Assembly (NCBI GenBank): GCA_007693455.1 | Contig: REDP01000245.1 | Coordinates: 1 to 61,786 of the forward strand | Length of the DNA: 61,786 nt | Origin: Planctomycetota bacterium | GTDB lineage: Bacteria; Planctomycetota; UBA11346 | Direction of reading: 5' to 3' | Shown here: in pieces, positions 1 to 9,386 of the stretch | How positions within the stretch are numbered: position 1 is the stretch's first letter | How the letters are laid out: every line of letters begins with the position of its first letter | The notes under the pieces: model-generated | The model's database searches: none | Seen by the model: only the letters and a program-made list of their open reading frames with translations | What the model was told of the DNA's origin: nothing | Program-made: the position numbers and the translations under genes

Positions 1-47
1 CCTTGGTAAGGGAGAGGTCCTGGGTTCAATTCCCAGAGACAGCACCA
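1..47 (+). tRNA. 3' portion of a tRNA, probably tRNA-Thr(GGU), truncated by window edge
   Basis: Anticodon loop TTGGTAA at 3-9 (anticodon GGT), variable loop AGGTC, T-arm CTGGG-TTCAATT-CCCAG, 7-nt acceptor strand, discriminator A and encoded CCA ending at 47. A tRNA-Thr directly upstream of tuf is a common arrangement. Confidence 0.6.
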
Positions 48-122
48 CGGACACTGTGTCCGCCACTTTCAAACCTGCCGCCGGACGTGCGGCTTGAACC
101 ATTCTTTTAGAAAGGTGAACCC

Positions 123-1331
123 ATGGCCAAGGAAAAGTTCCAACGCAACAAGCCGCACGTCAATGTCGGCACTATCGGTCACGTTGACCACGGCAAGACG
201 ACTCTGACTGCCGCTATCTGCTCCTACCTGTCGCTCGGCGGCGGTGCTCAGGTGCGTAACTACGAGGACATCGACAATGCTCCTGAAGAGAAGGCGCGTG
301 GTATTACCATCGCCACTTCTCACCAGGAGTACGAGACTGCCAATCGTCACTACGCCCACGTGGACTGCCCCGGACACGCTGACTACGTCAAGAACATGAT
401 TACCGGTGCCGCGCAGATGGACGGTGCCATTCTCGTGGTGAGTGCTGCTGACGGCGCCATGCCCCAAACCCGCGAGCACATCCTGCTTGCTCGTCAGGTT
501 GGCGTGCCTGCCATCGTGGTGTTCCTGAATAAGGTCGATCAGGTGGACGATCCCGAGCTGCTCGAGCTAGTGGAAATGGAGCTGCGCGAGCTGCTCTCCA
601 GCTACGACTTCCCTGGTGATGACATCCCCTTCGTCAAGGGTTCTGCCCTGGCGGCCACCGATGCCTTCTCGGCTGGTAAGACCGCCGATGACGCTGCTTA
701 CGCCCCCATCCAGGAGTTGATGGACGCCGTTGACAGCTACATCCCCGAGCCCACCCGTGATGCCGACAAGCCCTTCCTGATGCCTGTGGAAGACGTGTTC
801 TCCATCCAAGGCCGTGGTACCGTGGTAACCGGTCGTGTGGAGCGCGGCGTGCTCAACATCAATACCGAAGTTGAAATCGTTGGTTTCCTTGATGCCCCCA
901 TCAAGACTACCGTTACTGGCATCGAAATGTTCCGCAAGGAAATGGACGAGACGCAAGCTGGTGACAATGCAGGTCTGCTCCTGCGTGGTACCAAGCGTGA
1001 CGAAGTGCAGCGTGGCATGGTGGTGTGCAAGCCTGGTAGTGTCACCCCCCACACCAAGTTCGAAGCCGAGGTGTACATCCTCTCCAAGGACGAAGGTGGC
1101 CGCAAGACTCCCTTCTTCCCTGGCTATCGTCCCCAGTTCTACTTCCGTACCACCGACGTAACTGGCACCGTAACCCTCCCCGAAGGTGTGGAAATGGTTA
1201 TGCCTGGTGACAATGTGAAGTTCATTGTTGAGTTGATCAGCAAGGTTGCCATGGAAGACAACCTGCGCTTTGCCATCCGCGAAGGTGGTCGTACTGTCGG
1301 CTCCGGCGTGGTGTCGAAGATCGTAGAATAA
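123..1331 (+). CDS. tuf: Elongation factor Tu
   Basis: 402-aa ORF with [10 protein letters not shown]-loop, DCPGHADY and NKVD GTPase motifs. Full-length EF-Tu-like sequence. Confidence 0.97.
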   Translation: MAKEKFQRNKPHVNVGTIGHVDHGKTTLTAAICSYLSLGGGAQVRNYEDIDNAPEEKARGITIATSHQEYETANRHYAHVDCPGHADYVKNMITGAAQMDGAILVVSAADGAMPQTREHILLARQVGVPAIVVFLNKVDQVDDPELLELVEMELRELLSSYDFPGDDIPFVKGSALAATDAFSAGKTADDAAYAPIQELMDAVDSYIPEPTRDADKPFLMPVEDVFSIQGRGTVVTGRVERGVLNINTEVEIVGFLDAPIKTTVTGIEMFRKEMDETQAGDNAGLLLRGTKRDEVQRGMVVCKPGSVTPHTKFEAEVYILSKDEGGRKTPFFPGYRPQFYFRTTDVTGTVTLPEGVEMVMPGDNVKFIVELISKVAMEDNLRFAIREGGRTVGSGVVSKIVE

Positions 1332-1346
1332 AAGCCATGCGTCCCG

Positions 1347-1380
1347 TCGGGATTGGCCGCTGTGAGGTCAATCCCGATTT
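1347..1380 (+). terminator. Stem-loop after tuf (weak terminator/attenuator)
   Basis: 9-bp stem TCGGGATTG/CAATCCCGA (1347-1355 / 1369-1377) followed by TTT. The T-tract is short. Confidence 0.35.
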
Positions 1381-1401
1381 GGCGTTAAAGGATATAATGA
1401 C

Positions 1402-1563
1402 ATGGCCAAAGATAAACGTGAACATATTGTATTGGTCTGCTCGGAAACGGGTGACCTTAATTACTACACCAGTCGCTCAAAGTTGACTCCCAAGCTGGAG
1501 TTGATGAAGTACTCGCCGCGTTTGCGGCGGCGCACTATCCATAAAGAGAAGCGCCGTAAGTAG
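1402..1563 (+). CDS. rpmG: 50S ribosomal protein L33
   Basis: 53-aa ORF absent from the track (<60 aa): MAKDKREHIVLVCSETGDLNYYTSRSKLTPKLELMKYSPRLRRRTIHKEKRRK. It shows the L33 pattern (NYYT..., KLEL.KY.P...R.T.HKE.K). Its position between tuf and tRNA-Trp/secE is typical. Confidence 0.85.
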   Translation: MAKDKREHIVLVCSETGDLNYYTSRSKLTPKLELMKYSPRLRRRTIHKEKRRK

Positions 1564-1579
1564 GCTGGCATACATCTAA

Positions 1580-1609
1580 CCCCAGGATCCGTGTTGGATC
1601 CTGGGGCCT
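1580..1609 (+). terminator. Rho-independent-type hairpin after rpmG
   Basis: Perfect 11-bp stem CCCCAGGATCC/GGATCCTGGGG (1580-1590 / 1596-1606), 5-nt loop, then CCTTT. Confidence 0.5.
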
Positions 1610-1613
1610 TTAT

Positions 1614-1689
1614 ACGGGCGTAGCTCAGCTGGTAGAGCAGCGGATTCCAAATCCGCAGGTCGCGGGTTCGATCCCTGCCGCCCGTGCCA
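1614..1689 (+). tRNA. tRNA-Trp (anticodon CCA)
   Basis: 76-nt cloverleaf: acceptor ACGGGCG/CGCCCGT, D-arm GCTCAGCTGGTAGAGC, anticodon arm GCGGA-TTCCAAA-TCCGC, T-arm GCGGG-TTCGATC-CCTGC, discriminator G, encoded CCA. Confidence 0.9.
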
Positions 1690-1766
1690 TATATCAGGCC
1701 CTAGTCGAACTATAGCAGTTCAAGACTGGCTTCTTTTTCTCCTCGTTTAAGCAAGAAGATCGCGTT

Positions 1767-2177
1767 ATGTTGTACCGTTGGCCTCAGGGCCGTATTCTGC
1801 GCATAATTATGGTGATTGCTGTCATCTTGGTCACGGTGGACCTTGGTATGGCGGGATGGGGCCAGTATGAAGCGTGGCAGTCTGGTACCGATGGTGAAAT
1901 TGAGTCATCAAGCCTTGTGTATGCCAGTATCCTGGGATCGCTAGCGGCCATCGCATTTATTGCTGGTTTGATTATGGTGCTCTTTGCGCCTAAGTCGGCG
2001 CAGTTCTTAATTGAAGTGGAGCAAGAGATGACCAAGGTGAATTGGCCGTCTCGTGTTGATTTAATTCGTTCCACGATCCTCATAACCGTTATGGCTGTGG
2101 TCTTGGCAGCATTAATCGCGCTTATTGATATCGTGAATTTCTTTATCGTGCATACCACGATTATTGGTGGAGGCTGA
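1767..2177 (+). CDS. secE: Preprotein translocase subunit SecE (long form)
   Basis: 136-aa membrane protein directly upstream of nusG. The C-terminal part (EVEQEMTKVNWPSR...TILITVMAVVLAALIALID) matches the conserved SecE TM/hinge pattern. The start codon is uncertain. Confidence 0.75.
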   Translation: MLYRWPQGRILRIIMVIAVILVTVDLGMAGWGQYEAWQSGTDGEIESSSLVYASILGSLAAIAFIAGLIMVLFAPKSAQFLIEVEQEMTKVNWPSRVDLIRSTILITVMAVVLAALIALIDIVNFFIVHTTIIGGG

Positions 2178-2182
2178 TTGCC

Positions 2183-2731
2183 ATGGCTATGCATTGGTAC
2201 GTTGTTAAGGCGATCTCTGGGCGTGAAAACAAATGTCGTGACGCTATTGTCACCAAGGCTCGTCAGGCTGGAAAATCTGAACAAGTAGGCCGTTTGCTGG
2301 TCCCTTCGGAGCGGGTGACAGAAGTGAAGCGCCGCGGCAAGGTTACGACTGAGCGGAAGCTCTATCCGGGATACATCTATGCAGAATGTGACTTGGATGA
2401 GGATCTCATTGAGGTCATTCGTAATGTTGATGGGGTGACGGGCTTTCTTGGATCAAGTCCTGGTGCGCCCGATCGTCTGACTGCTGAAGAGGCTGAGCGC
2501 ATTATTGCCGTTTCGACGGCAGAATCAGTCGATGAACAGCGGGCGGTGTTGGTGCAGATTCCTTACCAAGTCGGGGATAAGGTGAAGGTGAAAGAGGGAA
2601 CCTTTGCAGGCATGGAGGGGGATGTGGATGAGATCAACGAACAGAAAGGCACGATTCGTGTCTTGATTACCGTATTTGGACGCCAGACTCCCATCGAACT
2701 TGAGGTCTGGCAGGTAGAGGAGGTGGGCTAG
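2183..2731 (+). CDS. nusG: Transcription termination/antitermination factor NusG
   Basis: MHWYVVKAISGRENK NGN start and C-terminal KOW motif (GDKVKVKEGTFAGMEGDVDEIN). Synteny secE-nusG-rplK. Confidence 0.93.
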   Translation: MAMHWYVVKAISGRENKCRDAIVTKARQAGKSEQVGRLLVPSERVTEVKRRGKVTTERKLYPGYIYAECDLDEDLIEVIRNVDGVTGFLGSSPGAPDRLTAEEAERIIAVSTAESVDEQRAVLVQIPYQVGDKVKVKEGTFAGMEGDVDEINEQKGTIRVLITVFGRQTPIELEVWQVEEVG

Positions 2732-2850
2732 CTGGCTTTGTGCGAGCTGGCCCCGTTAGGTAAGACATTTATTCACAAGCGCATGCGCGCATCTGGGGTA
2801 GGGAGTCCATCTCCCGTTTAACCCCACTCTAGTGACAAGGATGGAACGAA

Positions 2851-3285
2851 ATGGCTAAGCAAAAAGAAGTCATCGGCGAAATCAAATTGCAGATTCCCGG
2901 GGGTGGTGCCACTCCAGCCCCCCCAGTGGGTCCTGCGCTTGGTGCCAAAGGTGTTAATATTGCGGGATTCGTGAAAGAGTTTAATGATCGCACGGCACAA
3001 ATGCGTGGTGATGTCATTCCCGTGGTAATCACGGTGTTTAAAGACAAAAGCTTCACCTTTATCCTCAAGCAGCCTCCTGTGCCAGTGCTCCTTAAAAAGG
3101 CTGCCAATATCAGCAAGGGTGCTCCAGAGCCAGGCTTGCTGGCCAAGGCGGGCACGGTAACCATGGCACAGGTGGAAGAAATCGCTGAGCGTAAAATGTC
3201 TGAGCTCACTGCGCATTCCAAAGAAGCGGCGGTGCAGACGGTGCTCGGATCGGCCCGCTCCATGGGCATCATCGTCGCCGAGTAA
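2851..3285 (+). CDS. rplK: 50S ribosomal protein L11
   Basis: [21 protein letters not shown] signature; 144 aa; synteny. Confidence 0.95.
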   Translation: MAKQKEVIGEIKLQIPGGGATPAPPVGPALGAKGVNIAGFVKEFNDRTAQMRGDVIPVVITVFKDKSFTFILKQPPVPVLLKKAANISKGAPEPGLLAKAGTVTMAQVEEIAERKMSELTAHSKEAAVQTVLGSARSMGIIVAE

Positions 3286-3377
3286 TCGGCGTACACGTAT
3301 TTTCTGGTTCCGATTCACCTCACTCTCAACTGTGGAAGACCCTGGAATCGGGGGGTCAAAGACCACGGAGGATACCT

Positions 3378-4061
3378 ATGCGTTTTCGCTCTAAGCGGTA
3401 TCGCAGTATGATGACCAAGGCCCCAGGGAAGCAGCTTCAGCCCTTGCCTGAAGCGGTTGACTTGGTCAAAGACTGTGCCACTGCAAAATTCACTGAATCC
3501 GTCGATCTGGCCATCCGCCTCAATATCGACACCCGCAAAGCTGATCAGCAGGTTCGCGGTTCGTTCAGCCTGCCCCATGGAACTGGCCGCGATGTCCGCG
3601 TTATTGTCTTCGTTGATGATAATGCGGTAGCCGCCAAGGCGCTTGAACAGGGTGCCGTAAAGGCTGGTGGAGAGGACCTTATGAATGAGGTGCTCGGTGG
3701 CTTTCTCGATTTCGATATCGCCATCGCCTCACCTAAAACCATGCGCTTGGTAGGTCGTTTGGGGCGTGTGTTGGGCCCTCGTGGTTTAATGCCCTCTCCC
3801 AAGTCAGGTACCGTAACCGAAGATGTGCTTACCGCTCTTGAGGAATTCAAGGCGGGCAAGATTGAATACCGAGCTGATTCAGCAGGTAACGTCAACGTTC
3901 GTGTGGGCACCGTCGCCTTCGAACAGAATCAGTTGGTTGAGAATATCTCTGCCATCGTACGTCATATTACCGATTCGCGGCCAGCCTCAGTCAAGGGAGA
4001 ATTTGTGACCAATGTCACGGTTTCCTCGACCATGGGTCCTGGTGTGCGGATCGCGATGTGA
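3378..4061 (+). CDS. rplA: 50S ribosomal protein L1
   Basis: 227-aa ORF with L1-like sequence (SKRYR..., PHGTGR, MPSPKSGTVT); synteny. Confidence 0.93.
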   Translation: MRFRSKRYRSMMTKAPGKQLQPLPEAVDLVKDCATAKFTESVDLAIRLNIDTRKADQQVRGSFSLPHGTGRDVRVIVFVDDNAVAAKALEQGAVKAGGEDLMNEVLGGFLDFDIAIASPKTMRLVGRLGRVLGPRGLMPSPKSGTVTEDVLTALEEFKAGKIEYRADSAGNVNVRVGTVAFEQNQLVENISAIVRHITDSRPASVKGEFVTNVTVSSTMGPGVRIAM

Positions 4062-4074
4062 GGGGGGGACGATC

Positions 4075-4578
4075 ATGCCAAGTTTGATCAACGAACTATT
4101 GTTTGAAGAGGTTAAAAGTGTCATTGATGATTCCGAGTCGGTGATCATCATTGACCCAGCTGGTCTCAAAGCACCTGATAGCCTAGCCCTGCGTCGTGAG
4201 CTTAAAGATGTTGGTGCGCGGATGAAAGTCGCCAAGCGTCGCATTGTTCGCAGTGCCTTTGGTGATGATGTGCGTCCCTATCTTGAAGGCTCCGGTACGG
4301 TTGGTGTTGTGGCTGGTTCTGATGTGGCTGCAGCAGCCAAGGTCATCAATAAATTGGTCAAGGAAGATAAGGTGCAAGTCCGGGCTGGAGTGGTTGAGGG
4401 CCGTGCCCTTGATGCTCAGGCAGCGGGTAAGCTTGCCGAATTGCCTTCCAAAGAGGAATTGCAGGCCAAGTTGCTGGGAACATTGCAGGCTCCTATGGGC
4501 AACTTTGTCCGCCTCCTCAACGAGGTGCCGGCCTCCTTTGCGCGTTTGCTTGCTGCATATCGCGACAAGCAGGGTTAA
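4075..4578 (+). CDS. rplJ: 50S ribosomal protein L10
   Basis: The track ORF starts at 4012, inside rplA. ATG 4075 is preferred because it is preceded by GGGGGGA and avoids the overlap. Position between rplA and rplL. Confidence 0.88.
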   Translation: MPSLINELLFEEVKSVIDDSESVIIIDPAGLKAPDSLALRRELKDVGARMKVAKRRIVRSAFGDDVRPYLEGSGTVGVVAGSDVAAAAKVINKLVKEDKVQVRAGVVEGRALDAQAAGKLAELPSKEELQAKLLGTLQAPMGNFVRLLNEVPASFARLLAAYRDKQG

Positions 4579-4737
4579 GAAGCGTAAGGAATCGTTCTAT
4601 TAAACGATCACCGTATTAACAGAAGCGCCCTATGTTTGGGCGTGTGGATTATAGCCCACTTCGGGCTGTCCTTTTTATATCAACATGTCGCCTTGTGCCT
4701 CTGGCCGGCGACGTAGCAGACATCCGAGGAGAATATC

Positions 4738-5145
4738 ATGTCTGATAGCGTAGAGCTCAGCGATAAGCTGAAAGAAATCGTCGAGACCGTTAAGGGTCTG
4801 ACCGTCATCGAACTGGCTGACTTGGTGAAGGCCCTGGAAGATGAGCTGGGTGTATCGGCAGCTGCCGCCGCTCCCGTTATGGTTGCTGGTGGTGCTGCTG
4901 GTGGCGGTGAAGCCGCTGCTGAAGAGCCCACTGAATTCAATGTGATTCTGGCAGGCGCCGGTGACAAGAAAATCAATGTCATCAAGGTGGTGCGTCAGAT
5001 CACTGGCCTGGGACTGGCTGAAGCGAAGAAATTCGTGGAAGAGGCCCCCAAAGCCATCAAAGAAGGCGCAGAGAAGGCCGAAGCCGACGATCTCAAGAAG
5101 CAGCTTGAAGAAGCCGGCGCATCGGTGGAAATCAAACCTGCCTAA
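4738..5145 (+). CDS. rplL: 50S ribosomal protein L7/L12
   Basis: Ala/Gly-rich hinge and C-terminal domain [24 protein letters not shown]. Confidence 0.95.
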   Translation: MSDSVELSDKLKEIVETVKGLTVIELADLVKALEDELGVSAAAAAPVMVAGGAAGGGEAAAEEPTEFNVILAGAGDKKINVIKVVRQITGLGLAEAKKFVEEAPKAIKEGAEKAEADDLKKQLEEAGASVEIKPA

Positions 5146-5426
5146 TGACTCGTCTCCATGTACGACTTGTATCCCACTGGGGTAAAAGTCGTTAATGGAT
5201 GGTCGATGACATGTCATGAGGGAGCATCAGGCCACTTTGCTGAGCCTAATGTTCCCCATGACTAAGCCAGCATGCTGGAGCCCCGGTACGCCTCGCGCTA
5301 CTGGGGTCCTTGCATCTGCATTGTCATTGCGTATTGTTCTCGGTCCCCCTACGCTTGGGCGTTGCCGTCAGGCGGTGGTGTGATCAGCGTAACTGCTACC
5401 CAAGTTCTTTTATCCCAGGAGATTAC

Positions 5427-8400
5427 ATGGAAATTCGGCACTTCGGCAAGGTACGTGAAATTGTGCCCGTGCCTAGTCTCGTCGAGTTACAGGCTCGAAG
5501 CTACGACAGCTTCTTTGACGTTGAAGGCGATCCCGCGCGTCGAGGAGACCAGGGTCTCAATGGCCTGCTCGCCGAGTTTTTCCCCATCGAAGGCTTTGAT
5601 GGCAAAATCAAAGTGTCGTACCATGGGTATAGCTTCTCCCCTCCTCAGCACGATGAGCCTGAGTGTCGCGATCTTGGTCAAACCTATCAACGCGGCCTCA
5701 AGTTGCATATTCGGGTTGAAGCCGAAGAGATGCCAGAAGTTCTTGAGGAAGCTGTGCATATTGGTTATGTGCCAGTACGTATTGGTGGTGGTGAATTTGT
5801 GGTCAATGGTTCTGAGCGCACCATTGTAACGCAGATTCAAAGATCCCCAGGCGTTGATTTCTCCACTGATACGGCCCCCAATGGTCGCCGGATTCATTCC
5901 TGCCGAATTATTCCAGAGCGCGGATCGTGGATTCAAATTGAAGCCACGAACAAAGACCAATTACAGATAAAAATTGATAAGTCGCATAAAATTGCTGCCA
6001 CCTGCTTCCTGCGCGCCCTTTCCGCAGACCATGGCACTACTACGCAGATTTTAAAAGCCTTTTTCCAGACAGGTGCCAAGAAGCTCAGTGGATCGGCCGA
6101 TAAGAGTGATCTCATTGGTGCCGTTGTGGTAGAGGACATTGTTGACCCTGAATCAGGTGAGCCGTTGGTTCGCGCCTGCGAACAGTTAACCGAGGGTCAA
6201 TTTGAGACGCTCAAGGGTCTCGGCATCAAGCAGATAACGGTTATTGATGAGCCAGTGAAGCCTGATGATGTGCTGATCAATACCCTCCGTGATGATGAAG
6301 CGCAAAGCCATGAAGAAGCTTTAGTGCGCATCTATCGCCGCCTTCGTCCGGGCAACCCTTCGGACGAGCAAAAAGTCAAGGAGCTCTTCTTTGACCGTTT
6401 TCTGAACGAACAGCGTTATAATTTAGGTCAAGTCGGGCGTTTCCGTATCAATCGTAAGCTGGTCCTCGATACCGAAAGCATGGTTCTGACCATTGATGAC
6501 TACCTGGCCATCATGCGCTATCTCCTTAAGCTGATCCGTACCAATGCCCACCAGGGTGAAATTGACGATATTGATCACCTTGGTAACCGTCGTGTGCGTC
6601 CCATTGCCGATCTGCTTACCGATGAACTGCGTGCCTCCTTGCTCAAGCTGCGTCGCGCGGTGAAAGAAAAGCTTTCGCGAGATATGCAGCAAGAGGATAT
6701 GGCCCAGGTCTTGGCGCCTCGCAATCTCTTTAATAGTCAGGCCGTGGACAGCTCCATTGCCAACTTCTTCCAACGTGGCGAACTGTCGCAGGTGGTGGAT
6801 CAGTCCAATCTTCTGTCGCAGTTGACCCATGAGCGTCGCCTCTCGGCTCTTGGCCCAGGCGGCTTGAATCGTAAGCGTGCCGGCTTTGAGGTGCGCGATG
6901 TGCATACCTCCCACTATGGTCGTATCTGCCCCATCGAAACGCCGGAAGGCGCCAATATTGGTCTGATCGTATCGCTCTCTATTTTTGCCGCGGTCAATGA
7001 GTATGGATTCCTGGTGACGCCCTATCGCAAGGTCGTGAATGGCATCGTCAGCGATGAGGTGACATACCTCATGGCAGATGAAGAGGGGGACCATCGTATT
7101 GCTCAGGCAACGGTGCGCATAGACGATGATGGAAAGATCCTTCAAGATCGTTGCCAAGTTCGTTATGCGGGTCAGTTTGAGGAGGTCGCCGCCAAGGATG
7201 TAGCGTTTATCGACGTAAGTCCTAAGCAAATGCTTGGCATTTCCGCGTCGCTGATCCCCTTCCTTGAACACGATGACGCCAACCGAGCCCTTATGGGTGC
7301 AAACATGATGCGCCAGGCTGTGCCCTTGCTCATTCCTGAGCCCGCCTACGTGGGAACGGGAATGGAGTTGGAGTGTCCTAAATCATCTTCAATGGTGCAG
7401 ATTGCCCGTGGTGATGGCGAAGTGGTCGAAATTGACTCAAGCCGCATTGTGGTGCGTGGTAAGGCCGGTAACGATACCTACGCCCTGCGCAAGTTCCATG
7501 GGCTTAATGAGCGCACCTGCCTCAATCAGATGCCCATTGTGCGCAAGGGTGATCAGATTACCGCTGGGCAAATCATTGCTGATGGTGGCGGCACCCACGA
7601 AGGCGAGTTGGCATTAGGGAAAAACCTGGTCGTAGCGCTAATGCCCTACGAGGGGTGTAACTTCGAGGACGCCATTGTCGTCAATGAACGCCTACTGCGC
7701 GAAGATCGCCTTACCTCCATCCACATTGAAGAATATAAAGTCGAGATTCGCGAAACCAAGCTGGGCAAGGAAGAGTTCACGCGTGAAATTCCTGGTCGTA
7801 GTGACGAAGCTCTTCGTAATCTTGATGAAACCGGTTTCGTGCGCAAAGGTACTGTTGTCGGGCCAGGGGATGTTCTGGTTGGCAAGGTAACGCCCAAAAA
7901 CAAATCCGAACTTTCGCCGGAAGAAAAGCTCCTGCACGCCATCTTTGGCCGCGCCGGTGAAGATGTTCGTGATGATTCACTGGTAATGAAGCCAGGGATT
8001 CGCGGTGTGGTAGTGGATGTCAAACGATTCCAGCGCCGCGCAGCCCTCACCGATAAAGATAAGCGCGAAGAAGAGAAGCGGATTCGCGAAGTAGATCTCC
8101 GATACTTGGTCAAGAAAGCAGCGCTCGCGCGTGAAAAGTTTGACCGTATATGGGAAATCTCCGGGGCCAATGTTGTCAACATTGAGACCGGTGAGGTGAT
8201 CGATTACGCCCCAACTATGTCCGATGATGAGGTGATGAAACTGCACGGCAACCTGCCGGTGGAAGCCCTCAACTTTGTCGGTGGCAAGCGTCGTAAGGCG
8301 CGTGCGGTGTATGACGAAATCGATCCTAAGATTGAAGAACTCAACCGCGAAGCCGAAAAAGAAAAGCTTGAGGTGCGCCGCGGAGACGATCTACCTACTG

Positions 8401-9308
8401 GCGTACTTGAGATGGTGAAGGTCTTTATCGCACGTAAGCTCACTTTGAAGGTGGGTGATAAGATGGCTGGTCGTCACGGCAATAAGGGTGTGATCTCCAC
8501 GATCGTTCCTGAAGAAGACATGCCCTTCCTTAAGGATGGTCAAACCGTTGACATCATTCTCAATCCATTGGGCGTGCCATCGCGTATGAACGTGGGTCAG
8601 GTACTCGAGACCCATCTCGGGTGGGCGGCTCGTGCGCTTGGTCTGCGTTGCTACACCCCTGTGTTTGACGGCGCGAGCGAAGATGAAGTTCGTTCGATGT
8701 TAGAAGAGGCAGGTCTCGATCTTGATGGTAAGAGCTGGCTCTACGATGGTCGTTCTGGCCAACGATTCGCTCAGCGTACCACCGTTGGTGTTATGTATAT
8801 GTTTAAGCTCCATCACTTGGTGGAAGACAAGCTGCATGCGCGCTCCACGGGTTCTTACTCGTTGATTACGCAGCAGCCCTTAGGTGGCAAAGCCCGCTTC
8901 GGTGGACAGCGTTTTGGCGAAATGGAAGTATGGGCATTGGAGGCCTATGGTGCCGCCAACGTCTTGCAGGAAGTTCTCACCGTTAAGTCAGACGATGTCG
9001 ATGGGCGTACGCGTATCTATGAGAGTCTGGTTAAGGGTGATGGCTCATTAACCTATGGCACCCCCATGGCTTTTGAGGTACTTCTTAATGAAATCCGTGG
9101 CCTTGGCCTTGATATCCGCTTACATCGTCCCATGGACGAAGGATTTGGCGGTGAAGGAGGAACCCTGGGCTTCGGTGCCGAAAGCGAAGAGGGCGGTGAA
9201 CTGGTATTCGGTGAAACTAGTGATGAAGCCATTTTCGGTGATATCGGTGGTGAGTCCAATGCCGAAGACGTCTTCGATGTCGAAGAGCCAGCGGAACGTT
9301 CCGAATAG
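5427..9308 (+). CDS. rpoB: DNA-directed RNA polymerase beta subunit, with ~60-aa acidic C-terminal tail
   Basis: The longest ORF starts at 5310, but ATG 5427 has AGGAG at 5418-5422 and gives the canonical N-terminus MEIRHFGKV...VPSLVELQ. Conserved RpoB blocks are present throughout. Confidence 0.95.
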   Translation: MEIRHFGKVREIVPVPSLVELQARSYDSFFDVEGDPARRGDQGLNGLLAEFFPIEGFDGKIKVSYHGYSFSPPQHDEPECRDLGQTYQRGLKLHIRVEAEEMPEVLEEAVHIGYVPVRIGGGEFVVNGSERTIVTQIQRSPGVDFSTDTAPNGRRIHSCRIIPERGSWIQIEATNKDQLQIKIDKSHKIAATCFLRALSADHGTTTQILKAFFQTGAKKLSGSADKSDLIGAVVVEDIVDPESGEPLVRACEQLTEGQFETLKGLGIKQITVIDEPVKPDDVLINTLRDDEAQSHEEALVRIYRRLRPGNPSDEQKVKELFFDRFLNEQRYNLGQVGRFRINRKLVLDTESMVLTIDDYLAIMRYLLKLIRTNAHQGEIDDIDHLGNRRVRPIADLLTDELRASLLKLRRAVKEKLSRDMQQEDMAQVLAPRNLFNSQAVDSSIANFFQRGELSQVVDQSNLLSQLTHERRLSALGPGGLNRKRAGFEVRDVHTSHYGRICPIETPEGANIGLIVSLSIFAAVNEYGFLVTPYRKVVNGIVSDEVTYLMADEEGDHRIAQATVRIDDDGKILQDRCQVRYAGQFEEVAAKDVAFIDVSPKQMLGISASLIPFLEHDDANRALMGANMMRQAVPLLIPEPAYVGTGMELECPKSSSMVQIARGDGEVVEIDSSRIVVRGKAGNDTYALRKFHGLNERTCLNQMPIVRKGDQITAGQIIADGGGTHEGELALGKNLVVALMPYEGCNFEDAIVVNERLLREDRLTSIHIEEYKVEIRETKLGKEEFTREIPGRSDEALRNLDETGFVRKGTVVGPGDVLVGKVTPKNKSELSPEEKLLHAIFGRAGEDVRDDSLVMKPGIRGVVVDVKRFQRRAALTDKDKREEEKRIREVDLRYLVKKAALAREKFDRIWEISGANVVNIETGEVIDYAPTMSDDEVMKLHGNLPVEALNFVGGKRRKARAVYDEIDPKIEELNREAEKEKLEVRRGDDLPTGVLEMVKVFIARKLTLKVGDKMAGRHGNKGVISTIVPEEDMPFLKDGQTVDIILNPLGVPSRMNVGQVLETHLGWAARALGLRCYTPVFDGASEDEVRSMLEEAGLDLDGKSWLYDGRSGQRFAQRTTVGVMYMFKLHHLVEDKLHARSTGSYSLITQQPLGGKARFGGQRFGEMEVWALEAYGAANVLQEVLTVKSDDVDGRTRIYESLVKGDGSLTYGTPMAFEVLLNEIRGLGLDIRLHRPMDEGFGGEGGTLGFGAESEEGGELVFGETSDEAIFGDIGGESNAEDVFDVEEPAERSE

Positions 9309-9386
9309 CCATCTGAGCAACCGCACGTTGCGGTATCTGCCATACTTTCTTTTTAATCCCTCTCAATTCCATCAGGGCCCATTATT

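Noticed and set aside
69-1105. Antisense ORFs inside tuf (69-479, 567-1052, 737-1105, minus strand)
   Set aside because: They lie fully inside a confidently identified EF-Tu gene. They are shadow ORFs typical of GC-biased coding DNA, with no motifs and no SD.
5206-5217. Perfect palindromes: ATGACATGTCAT (5206-5217), AAGTGAATTCACTT (40733-40746), GCTTGCGCAAGC (41052-41063)
   Set aside because: In ~62 kb, roughly 15 perfect 12-nt palindromes and ~4 perfect 14-nt palindromes are expected by chance. There is no supporting context.
5272-5426. Upstream extension of rpoB (ORF starts at 5310) and overlapping ORF 5272-5829
   Set aside because: The canonical RpoB N-terminus begins at ATG 5427 with AGGAG upstream. 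The extension is Cys/Arg-rich and not RpoB-like.
6423-7271. 282-aa minus-strand ORF inside rpoB, and similar long shadow ORFs (25769-26506 in murF, 32295-33011 in murC, 45405-45983 in mtnA, 47800-48408 in the kinase, 52093-52599 in fba, 24085-24896 across ftsI/murE)
   Set aside because: Each is antisense to or out of frame with a gene carrying clear family motifs. Their translated sequences are low-complexity and R/G/H-rich.
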